A stretch of 64,000 bases of DNA from Takakia lepidozioides (lineage: Eukaryota; Plantae; Bryophyta): contig CM060734.1 in the NCBI GenBank assembly GCA_030704615.1, positions 58,962,001 through 59,026,000 on the forward strand, given 5' to 3'. Within the stretch, counting starts at the first letter, position 1, and each line of letters starts with the position of its first letter. The position numbers and the translations under genes are program-made. A model generated the notes under the pieces. That model was not told where the DNA came from. It did no database searches and saw nothing but the letters and a program-made list of their open reading frames with translations. This document shows positions 23,057 to 34,800 of this stretch, piece by piece.

Positions 23057-24976
23057 GTAAGAACTACAAACTCATCTCATCTTAATTTGCTTCGTCCATT
23101 GACTGAAATGTTAATTTTCTTCGTGAAATTGCTTCGTCCAAGGACTGGAGATCTCCGGTCCATTCTTTGTCGGGAGATCTCCCGTCGTTCGTTTAGCGGG
23201 ATACATCCAGTGGTAAATTAAGTTCAATCAGGACACTAGTGATACCCAGGTGATTAACAACACATTCATTACGGGGATTTCAAGAGTGCCTGAACAGAAT
23301 TACCTTGTAAACCACCAAGACTATGCAACACTGGCAATGTTGGATAAGATCTTGTAGTTAACTTGGTAAGTTATGGCCAGACAGAAAACTTGAAGTATTT
23401 CCCAGATTTGTGTATCATTGGCATGTTTATATAAGATTTTTGTGGTTTACTTGATAAGTATGGCAAGCCAGAAACTTGGAGTAAATACCAGATTGATTCA
23501 TTGATGATGGGTCAAATGTGAGTGCTGGCAGAATTTCATTGATGGGAGGAGATATTCCGTTCTTCCACTGACGGAGAGACCTCCCGTCCTCCCTTTCACT
23601 ATACTTATTTGAGTCTTATCCGGTGAGGAAATACCCACATGATTATCGAGATTCATTCTAAGTGCATGCACATTCCTACAAGTGATACACAAGACTTTAT
23701 TTAACACAATGGCGATGTTATCTAAGATCTTGTGGATCAATTTGTGGGCATCATGGACATTATAAGTCTCTGAAATGAGTCCTCTGTTATTGATTCTTAA
23801 ATTGATGGGTTTAATGTGTGAATGGAGTGAGTGGAAGTTGTACGTACCATACGGAGAGGAATAGTTATAAGGATGTTGTGTTGAAATTATTTTGAATTCG
23901 GAATTTAAGTACTTTTGGAGGGACACCTCCCAGACATGGACATCCGAGTACCATTTCCTACTGTTACTTCCATTGAATGATTAGTATACATTCCCATTCA
24001 TGGGACATTTTGGGTTGTTGAAGTTGAGCCAACATACAGACTCATAGTATACATTACAAGAGTTATTAATAGGTCACACATAGTTTTTGGGACTGTTTAT
24101 GTCTAGCGGTTGCGTTTTCATGTGGTCAACACAATCTATGTTGTTGACTGTTACACTGTGAGCTGATGTATTCTCTAAATTCTTATGGTGGCCTTCATGA
24201 ATTAATATGTGCATCGACAGCACGTAAGCAGAATAGATGATTGCTTACACGATGAATGGCCGGAAGCGAAGTGTGAGACACAGAGGTCCATTGAAATAAT
24301 CCTATATTTGAGCCAGAACACAACCCAAGTGATTCGTCAACATTCATTACAGGACATTTCTAGGTGCCAGCACAAATAGTTACACGAGGGGTCACACACA
24401 GTCACGCTATATTATACCACCCTGGCGATCTAATCTAAAATCTTGTGTGGCTTTCATGTAATTCCAGATGGCCATGCACAAGCCTGAAATGTGTTTTGCT
24501 CGGTTTATGCTTGAAATTATGATGGGTTGAAAGTGTGAGATGTCGGAAGTTCCGATTTATTCTAAATAAATTACATCGTTCGACGGGTGTCTCCCGTCCT
24601 CATTTGACCATTAACATCTTTATGTTGGGACTACCCAGTTACTGAAAGTTACTAACCGGTTAATTTTTTATCCATCCGGAATCGAAACTGTAGGGTGTTG
24701 GAAGTAACGCACCCTGGTCTTATGGTCTCAGCAAGAGCCTCTGCTGAAAAATCCTTCAACCTTATCAGACTGCTGCGTTCAAAGGTTTCCGCCGAACAGG
24801 CGCAATCCTCCTCGGAGTTTGAGGGCAGGGGCGAGGGATTTGCTGGGGGTGAGGGTAGTGTGGAATCTTCACCAAAGATCCCAGACCCAGACCCAGACCC
24901 ACACGCTCTGCTTTCCCGTCGTTGGCTTCATTTTCGCGTCAAGGTAGGGGTTCCCGAGAGCATTCTTAAAGTACTT

Positions 24977-25161
24977 TGTCGTGCACATACATATCGCTAC
25001 ACAACTACATCGTTGTCCAAAACCACACAACATATGTGCACACCAAATACTAGTCTATCACTAGTCCACCACTAGTGCACCACTAGGCTGCCATTAGACA
25101 ACCACTAGCCACCACTAGTGCAGCCACTAGTCCACCACTAGGCTGCCACTAGCCCATCACA
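24977..25161. repeat. LTR type A, copy 1 (TG..CA, ~185 bp, CCACTAG-rich)
   Basis: Direct repeat of 25482-25666. Confidence 0.75.
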
Positions 25162-25162
25162 A

Positions 25163-25479
25163 TGATAGGGAAATGAATGATACAAGCATACAAGCTCTCT
25201 CAAACTCACAGACTTGCACATGAAAACATCACTCATATATTAAGTCGAGCCAAGTGCACCCCACGCCATGGGGAATCCACACTATGGCGCCATAGCTAGA
25301 CGCGGTGAGGCTCAACTCGAGAAAGATGAGCCCACCGCGATCTGCCGTGAAGATAACAACGCGAGGTGCCCAAACATGTATTGGTCCCTGGATTGACACT
25401 TGGATCAATCCCAAATATCAATATATAAAAGCTAGCTATTTCCTAGCTAACTTCACATTAGTGGTAAAATAACTTGACA
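25163..25479. repeat. LTR type B, copy 1 (TG..CA, 317 bp)
   Basis: Direct repeat of 45790-46106. Confidence 0.8.
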
Positions 25480-25481
25480 GC

Positions 25482-25666
25482 TGTTGTGCGCATACATATC
25501 GCTACACAACTACATCGCTATCCAAAACCACACAACATATGTGCACACCAAACACTAGTCTATCACTAGTCCACCACTAGTGCACCACTAGGCTGCCACT
25601 AGACAACCACTAGCCACCACTAGTACAGCCACCTGTCCACCACTAGGCTGCCACTAGCCCATCACA
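25482..25666. repeat. LTR type A, copy 2 = 3' LTR of the DNMT-carrying gypsy
   Basis: TG..CA; the adjacent atcgcccccctagc is a polypurine tract on the minus strand. Confidence 0.75.
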
Positions 25667-25926
25667 ATCGCCCCCCTAGCTGGCGCTTAGGTCCCTCTAA
25701 GTCCAGGTAACCACAAGATGTGATAGTGGCCATAGCCTCACAAAGTCCTCCACCACTGTCCCTACTACACTCAAACTCAATAGATCAAGAGGCCGGGTAT
25801 AAGAGTTGCCCCATCGTTAGTCGCCGTCTTGCAACCTGTGAACTTGAGCCTAAGATCTTGGGTATTGACTCCTATGAGCTTGGCCTCCCATGTCTTGTGA
25901 GCTGCCACTAGTCATATCCACTGCCA

Positions 25927-28900
25927 CTATCCCAAGCAGTGTGGACGTAACCAATATCCATCAGGAACCCTCTCAAGAGGTGGTATCAAGCATCCCATGT
26001 GCCAACCTCTTGAGCATCGATCACACACCAGCATAGTGGCGGCACCACGAGCATGCCCACATAGCATGCAACGCAACCCTATAAGTACCACTGCAAGGTT
26101 GGGATCTATCCTCTCATCCACATGTGGAAGGTGACATGGCGCACAATTGCGCACATGGTCCTTTAATACCATGCCATCTCGACCCTCCAGAATCAACACT
26201 CCTGAAGGCAACACCTCCATGATCCTTAGAATCACACGTCCTGCTGTGACATCCAAGGTTATAGGCGTTGTCTGCTACAGATACACATAGTCCCCAGGGT
26301 GGAAACGCCGAACACCTGGCCGATATCCCCCTCCACGTATAGTGACATACATCAATGTGTCTCGGTGTTGGGCAATAGCAAGATTCTCAAAAGCCATAGG
26401 CATGACTCTCTTGAACAACTCTGCCCGTTGGGCACATGCTTGTGTCCACACATCCGGATCATCAAGGTTGAGGACTACTGCAGCCTCCCTGCGAATAGAT
26501 GTAGGAAAATCCGACTCTCGGCCAAAGAGAAGGAAATATGGTGAGAAGAAGACAAGTGATGCTTGCTTGCTGAACCTGTAGCCCATGGCTAACCAGGGTA
26601 CTTGAAGATCCCAATCTCCTAGGTGTCCCTTTTGCAAGCCATACTTGCGCAAACCCCTCTTCACTGTCTGAACCACACTCTCTGCCAAGCCATCGGCCTC
26701 AGGATGATCCCGAGAAGTGGTACGGTGGTCTATGAAGGCTTTATCACACAAAGCCTGAAACTCCCCCAAGAACTCTCTTCCTTGGTCCGTGAGTACCTCA
26801 GGTAGAGCACTGAATCGGCTAAGCACACGATCCAGGAATGCATACGCAACCCCCTCACTAGCCTTGTCAGGCAATGGAACCAACTCAATCCACTTGGAGA
26901 AGTGCTCCACCATCACCAACACATATCTGTGGTGATGCATCGTCAGTGGCAAAGGCCCTACGGAGTCAAGACTCCACCTGTAGCCATGGGTAAATGATGC
27001 AACTGTGGGGTAGGGGCGTTGAATGAAGCACGCACCCTGTCACACACCATGCACCTAGCCACGAACTGTTGCACCTCTGTGTGCATACCACGCCACCAAT
27101 ACTGCCCCTGCAGTAAACTATGAGTGCGTCGCACTCCAAAATGCCCCAACTCCTCATAGGCATGCCGCACTAACCGTGCACGCTATGTTGGGTGAGGCAT
27201 GATCCTTACCCGACCATCCTCCCACACTCGAAGCAGGTGTATCCCCTCCCACTTGAACCTCTTGGCTCGTTGCAGGATCCGATCCCTCTCCTTGGCAGTC
27301 ACACTAGCTGCCGTGTCTCCAGTGCGGAGGTAGTCCAACACAACCGAATCCTCATGTATATCTCTGGCACCACCTGGCTCATCACTAGCCTCAGGGTCCT
27401 CAGACACTTCGTCTACAGTCATCCCTATTGTAGGTCCAACCTGACCTCCCGATGCCAAGATACACAAAAAGGCAGATGCATGCCATCCCGACACCATCTC
27501 CTCGTCTGTCTCACCATGCCACCAAGCTCCAGTGTCATCCTGCTGGCTCGTGCATGGATTGCCACTCAATCCATCCGCATCCTTATTGACCAAACTCGGT
27601 CGATGCACAACCTGAAAGTCATACTCTTGGAGTATAAGTGCCCACCGTGCAAGCTTCCCCGTAAGCTTGTCTGACTCCATCAACCACCTGAGAGGCTGGT
27701 GATCCGTGACAAGAATGAAGAGATTGTCGTATAGATAGCACCTGAAATGTGTCATGGCCCACACTGCAGGTAAGCACTCCCCCTCATATGAGCTATACTT
27801 AGACTCTGCAGCGTTGTTCGAGCGGCTAGCATAAGCCACTATGAACTCTCTTCCCTCATCATCCACCTATGTGAGCACCGCTCCAAGCCTCAGCATGCTC
27901 CAATCTGTATGCACCTGAAAGGGACGCCCCCTGATAGGTCGTCTCAAGATCAGCGCCGAGGTCAACCTCACCTTGAGCTCCTGAAAAGCTTGCTCTTGCT
28001 CATCGTCCCACTGTCACTCCTGGTCTACCTTGGTCAGCTTGGTTAGAGCCTTTGCAATAGCACTAAATCCCTTGGCAAACCGTCTATAGTAGTTTGCCAA
28101 CCCCATGAAAGCTCGAACTTGGCTCACATCCGTAGGGCGTGGAATTTGTGCAATGGCCTCTACCTTAGTCTGCTGCACCCCAATCCTCCAGGATATATCA
28201 TGTGGCCCAGATACTCAATCTGGTTGTGGAAGAACTTGCACTTCCCCGGATATAATTTCAATCCGTGTCCTCTCAATCGCTCAAACACCACCTGAAGGTG
28301 TCTCTCGTGCTCCTCCACCGTAGCACTAAAGAAGATGATGTCATCTATGTAGCACCGAGCAAAGTCCACCCCTGCTAGAATCCTGTCCATGACTCTCTGG
28401 AACTCTGCAGGAGCATTCTTAAGCCCGAATGGTAAGAATTGCCACTGATATAGGCAATCTTTCCCGTGCTAATTGATCCCCCAGAATGCCGTCTTCTGCT
28501 TGTCCGCCTCATTGATCGGCAACTGGTGATATCCGGACCGCAAGTCCAGAGTGCTAAAGACTTTGGCATGCCCAATGGCATCAAAGATCTCCTCAGATGT
28601 GGGCATGACATACTTATCGGACTTGGTCTGACGATTTACAGGCCGGTAGTCACCGCACATACGTCTCCCCGTCTAATTGCCATAGACATCCTTCTTGGCT
28701 AGCATCACCGTGGCTGAAGCATACTCTCCACCAGAGAGCTCCACCAAACCAGCCTCCCAGAGATCTTGAGTCCTCATCTGAATCAAAAACCTCTCCATGT
28801 CATTGTATGTATAGGGTCTCCGAAAGATTGGCGTGTCCGTGGCCAACTCTATACGAATCTCCTGACCCTTCAGTGCTCCCAAATCCTTCAAACTGAAGGC

Positions 28901-29388
28901 AAAGCAATTCCTGCAAGCCCTCAGGAACCGCTGTATACGTCGTCTCTCTCCTCCAGTGACAATGGGTCCAATGTCAAGCTCTCAATTGTCCTCCGTAACT
29001 GCAACCTTAAGTCTAGCAGACTTAGAGGTAGGAGACGCGTCCCGTGGTTGCTATGCCGCATCCTCTTGAGCAGTACTCCCTGCCTGCTTAGTCAATGACA
29101 AGGCCTCATCCTGCCCCATCATCTCATCCTTGAGGACCTCCTCAACCCGAGAAGAATCCCCGACCTCATCCATCACAGCCGCCTTGGCTGCCAACTCCCT
29201 CTGAACCTCGAACACCTCCCACGTGTGCCATGGATGTCTACACCTCGTGGTCCTTACCGGCTCGCCCCCACTCACTGCCTGTATCGTCTCCGTAGGCAGA
29301 GAGACCGTCAGCCTGGGTAGAGGCTTTTGTAACGTCAGGAGAGGAGGACGGTACGGGGATTGCACCAGGTCCACCTCAGTTATCACCA
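25927..29388 (-). mobile_element. Ty3/gypsy pol (RT, RNase H, integrase, C-terminal PHD finger), degenerate
   Basis: RT: MCGDYRPVN, LDLRSGYHQ, CYIDDII. RNase H: VAYASR, TDHQPL, LARWALILQEYDF. Integrase: GHFGVRRT, VLTDQGREF, HPEADGLAE. PHD: CMLC..VCDRC..WHMGC..W.RPHC. Confidence 0.93.
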
Positions 29389-30110
29389 TTGGACACTACA
29401 CCGATCGTGTGGCAGTGTCCGGATGAAGGCATTTACCTTCTGGACTTGTTTGGCGGGATCAACACCGGATTGGCTGCTGTTCTACAGACAGGTGTACGAG
29501 TACGACGTTACTTGTATGTGGAGAGGGATAAGACTGCACGACGCATCTCACTCCGTCATGTTGCTCAGTTGGTACGGCAGTACCCTGAGTTGTTGCCGGT
29601 GTCTGCGGTTCGTGGATATCAACAGGCCTTGCCAACAGACATCTCTTTGCTGGGGGCGCAAGATTTGGAGCGGGTTGGCTCCATTGATTTGGTAGTGGCA
29701 GGTTGGCCCTGCCAAGGGCATTCATCAGCCGGGCATGGCAATGGATTGTGAGACTCGAGGTCGGGTCTGTTTTGGGAGATGGTGCGGGTTTTAAGCCACT
29801 TACACCTTCATCAGGTTGTATCTCCCGCATACATCTTGGAGAATGTGCCACTGATGGGCGATTCTCGGGCCAGGGTGATGGCCAGTGTGCACCAAGTCCG
29901 GTCGTGGCTTGGATCAGCAGTGTTGCTGGATGCAGCTGCAGTAGGGTCACGAGCTCATCGTCCACGGTTATGGTGGACTAACTTGATGCTACCCGCACTG
30001 CTCAAGCGTGCATTTGATGGGGTGCAGCGGCCAACACACCTCACAGTGGATAGCATTTTGGACACAAGGAGGCAGTCTCAGCCGCGTCTGTCATAATGGC
30101 CTTGGCTCTC
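29389..30110 (+). pseudogene. DNMT3-like C5-cytosine methyltransferase domain inside the gypsy element, inverted relative to pol
   Basis: Motif I LLDLFGG, motif IV DLVVAGWPCQG, RSGLFWE, motif VI YILENV, motif VIII RPRLWWTNL; one in-frame TGA at 29749. Confidence 0.9.
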
Positions 30111-31844
30111 ATCACTGAGCCATCTGTAGGATGATCCGGTTGTAGTCGGATAGCCAACTCACGCCGTGTCCTGCCCCGAGCCTACTCTGATCCTCACGGA
30201 GATGTCTATCATCTCCCACTATCTCCGCAGAAGATGAAGTAACCACCTCACTCTCATAGAGTGTAGCTGCCAACCTGAACACCTCAACTGGTCTTACCCC
30301 TGGCGTCGCAATCATGGTAGCCGAGAACAATGGAGCCTGGCACACAGATGTGGCCGCCCCCAGCAGCACACTGGCTGCCGTAGCCTTGGCAACACTAGGT
30401 AGTGGTGCTGCCCGTGTAGCTCTCCCCAATGGCATAGTAACCTCTGCCTTGGTAACAGTCGGGCGAGAACTAGGTGCCATAGATGACGTCGACACTGTCT
30501 CCGCCAATGTGAATGACTGAGGAAGCCTGGCCTGACGGCTTGCCTCCCCACGCTATGGATCCAACTCCACCTCCACACCCTATGGCTCAGGAACTCGTGC
30601 CCCTCCTCGAGTCACTGCTGCAGCTGACTCCACTTGCACTAGTGGTAGTCCTGCCCCGCACATAGTGGTAGTGATAGTGCTGCCCGGCACTAGTGGTAGT
30701 GGTGCCCCACCCACAATGGTAGTGGTAGTGGCACCCCTCACTAGTGGTAGTGGTGCCCCACCCATAGTGGTAGTGGTAGTGGCACCCCTCACTAGTGTAG
30801 TGCTGCCCTGCAGATGAACATGGATGCCTTGGCGTGAGCCTGGTCACGTGAGCGCGTGAGCGCAACTGCGCTCACGCCACGTCACCTTGCGCAAATGCCA
30901 CGTCACGGGGCTCAGTCCACGTCATCACACGTGAAGGCCGAGTCACCACGCGCCCAGAAAGAAGTGGAGTGTATTCCCGCGGATTGGCACCCTTTACCGC
31001 GGAAACAAGCTGGACGACATAATAAAAGGCATTGAATAAAGGATGGATGAATGTACAGTTGGATGATAAACAGATGGATGAGTGTGAAAAATGTATGTAG
31101 ATGGATGAATGACGGATGGATAAGAGTAAAATGGATGAATGTATAATGGATGTTGAGCAATGACAAAAATTCATGACAGGAAGATGCATGACCAAATCTT
31201 TTACGAATGCACAAAGTATATGAAATGAGTGTGGAAGGTTTGTGGGGTGGATTAAAGAGTACAGAGGATGAATGTACAATGGATGTTGTACAAAGGAAGC
31301 TTTCATGAATGGAGCACGCATGAATACAGTGTAGATGAATGCACAATGGATATGAGAAGAGTCAGGAAGGTTTGTGAGATGGATTCATACATATAGCAAT
31401 TTAAACGAAAGTTGATTCTGTGATTATTATTTGTTCTAAAGGAACAACTACGGTGGAGGAAGGGGATTCAACGTTTTCCAGATAATATGAAAATGAATAT
31501 TAAAAGAATACAGTTCAGTCTGACTCAGAGTCAGTACAATGTATCCCCTCTTCCTCTGCATCTAAGTCTAAGTATTTTAGAACACCGGATCCACGCTGGA
31601 TACACCTACGGCTGGCCACTAAAAAGTCAGGGGATAGGGACTCGGCCGCGTGAAGTGCCATTGCTTCGGCATAAACAGGGAGCAGAAAATTGGAAAGGGG
31701 GCTGTCGAAAACAGACTCGCCAGAAATGACTGTATCTCCTGAAGATCCACCGCTGCCTTTCCTGAAAGACAGCCTGAAAAAGTTATTACTGTAACTTTGA
31801 TGTTATCGAGAAATTGAGTATGACTCCCAAAGAGGGTTTAGCAC

Positions 31845-34800
31845 TTACTCACATGAAAAGTCGTTGTCGACCTGCTTATCTTCGGGATCGTCATCATTTC
31901 GAATTTGAATCCGATCAGTCTGTGTGCCTGAAGTGGAGCCAGACAAAAGGGGGAGGAGCACGGTGTTGTAGAGGTCAGAATCACCCTCCATGCCAAAAAG
32001 GCTTCTTCCGCCTGCCTTGCATGCGTGGTAAGTTGCTCCTGCACCAGACAGGAGAACATAAACAGTTTGGAGGGGGGGATTTAAGCAGATGAAACTGTTG
32101 AAAGGAAACCAATTCGGAAGGGAAAAAACGAACCTGTGGACACAGAAAGATCGACCACCCGTGCAGAGCGGTGGCTGCATGACTCCAGCAGTATTTGCAT
32201 GAATGCTGGTGACTTTTCCTTTGCACCTCTCCAGGGAGTGCCATCTGGTCTCTTCAGAGTCTGACTGGACTGCATGAAGTTGTACAAAATGTCATCGACA
32301 TGGGGCTCATAGGGGGGGTTGACGAAACAACCCTGGTCAGAAATCTCAAAGCTGCGGATGGAGGATGGTGTCTTTGATGTGCGAATCCTCCGCAGGCAGA
32401 TCGCCTCGAACATCCTCGTCTGCAAAGATAGCAGGTTAGTGTGGTAAACACAATCTATAGTGGAAGTGTGTACATCGGCTATTCAGAACTCTGACACAAA
32501 AAAATCATGAATCGTTGATGATCGGTGTCGATCATAAAACATTCTACTAGAGTGGAGCTGCAGAGAAAATTGAAACTCATGATCAAAGCACAAGCAGAAG
32601 GGAGACGGCATACCAGCTGACCAGGGAAACCCCCTTTCACAAGGTAGAGGCTGTTCACACAATTCCATGTGCGCAAAACTTCAAACCCTGAAGACTTGAG
32701 GTATGATGCCAATGCCCGACGACTATCATTGTCACATGACTGAAAAAGCAGAAGTGTCCCTGCATCAGAGAGGAAATTGTTACAGAACCCGAACACCCAA
32801 CTCCAGTAGTTGTCCTCGAATTTGTTCCAGCCTGGCGTCTTGCCCTTTGGAAGAACTTCTGGCACAGCCTGGCCATCCGGGATGTCGAGAATGACAATGT
32901 CGGCCGCATAAGTTTTCTGCACACCGCACACGAAGGTGGGACCTGTGCTCACCTGCAACAGACATGTTTTTTTATAAGAACGATGGCAAGAATGTTTTCA
33001 AAGAACGAGACTGAAATACTGCCAACGAAACTTTCAGAGAAAAAGGAAAGAAACTGGAATTCTCACCAGATTGAGGAATGAGATTATATTGTCCCAGGTA
33101 GGGGATGGCACCCCAGTGTATCCTCTCTTTCGACTCTGCATCATCGAAAGCCAACCCTCATTAACAATTTTCATCTCTCCTGCTGAATCAGAACGGGAAG
33201 GGTGTGGCTTGGCATCGAACACGCACTGAAGAGTGCGGGTATATCTTCCAGCACTAAAGTCCTGCCCACTCTCCATCTCCTTTTCATTCTCCTTCCCCTT
33301 GTCCTTTTCCTTCTCTTTGGACTTGTCTTTGTCCTTTGGCTTTGCTGGTGAGATGGCTATGACATCAACAGCCTTGTCTTTTGGTTTGCGGCCCGCCTTC
33401 TTTCCCTTCTGCGGCGTTCCCTGAGCATCAGGCTCCTTGGCAGCCAAGGTTGCTATGTTTCGTTGATACTCTTCGTCAGTCAAAGGCGCCAGCATCTCAG
33501 CGTTATTGTTCAAGTATTTCATATGCTGTTCTTGAAAGGTCGTGTGCTCAGGTGGGCAGTCAAGGTACCACCCACAGTCTCTGAAGTGAGAAGGACTCCA
33601 GTCCTTCAATATCCCTGCAGTATACATGGTTGGATCGTTTGCAGGGTCCGACCACATGTCAAGATAGTCGGGAATTCCGCTCAGGTGATTTCCTTCCATA
33701 AGCACATATTTCGTGTACCTGAAAAAAAGAGATAAATCCCAACCCACAAAAGCGCTCAGTGAGTAAGATGCAAGTAGAACAGAAAGAATAAAACATAGAT
33801 TGAAATGGCTCTGACAACTGCTCCAAGGACCTTTCAGGACCACACTACTGCTCCAGATATGAATGTCGTCAACGCCATTCAGAACATTCCATTCCATGAC
33901 ACAAGAATGAAGCCAAATTATTACTTAAATGAAGCAAAATCACAGGATGGAAATAAAAAAATTGAGTAAGGAACCCTCCAGGAAAACTCAATGCACATTC
34001 ATAACGAACCTATCACTGAGGACCTCACAACATCACTGTATGTGAATGGCGTCAACGCCATTCACAAAAATACAAAAAAGAAACCAATTACTTAGCTCCC
34101 CAATCCATGTAAATTGAATTTGTCGCTGTTGAATAATACAGACACAGCTGTGAATGTCGTCAACGACATTCACTTTGGATTTCTTAAAACAGAGCTTATC
34201 AAGCCTCCACATTCATCGCAAGAGGCAAAAACAATGCAGAACAACTGAATGTCTGCATTGACATTCAGCAAAATGAAGTGAGGAACCCTCACTGTAACCT
34301 CTATGGACATTACAAAAATTTAAATAACTCTGAGGACCTCTCAACAACTCCGTATGTGAATGTCGTCAACGCCATTCAAGGACATTATCAATTCTAATCA
34401 GGGACAATATAATTGCACCCTTAGATCCTAACCAGGTGAATTCATATACTCGCTTAAGAATGACTTAGACAAAGAAGTGAATGTCGTCAACGACATTCAA
34501 TCTGGATCTAAGATTGCAATCCATATGAAGCCACATTTTTTCCCAAAAAAACAGTAGAGTTTCAAGTATGACATTGCACCTGTACACAACTCGCATCATG
34601 GCCCACTCTCCTCCAACCTGACTGTCAAAGTCGTTGGACCGTAAAATGTTACCATCTTTGGAGAACTCCCGGAAAAAACAGTATCTCCAGGTGAGACCTC
34701 TCCACTTCCTTATGTATGCCTCCAATGACATTTGGGGAGGGGAAACAATCGCAATGTTCAGGTCCTTCAAAGTCTGATCCAGCACAATGACGGCGCGCTT

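Noticed and set aside
31000-31400. His/Ile-rich ORFs 30872-31346
   Set aside because: Products of the GGATGAAT-rich subterminal repeat, not a gene.
32309-32320. NPPY as the definite catalytic motif
   Set aside because: It lacks the usual preceding hydrophobic strand and lies between the motif IV position and motif I; may be coincidental.
33860-34499. Palindromic repeats with unique spacers as a CRISPR array
   Set aside because: Spacers are irregular and long, repeats are degenerate and intronic, there are no cas genes, and the context is eukaryotic.
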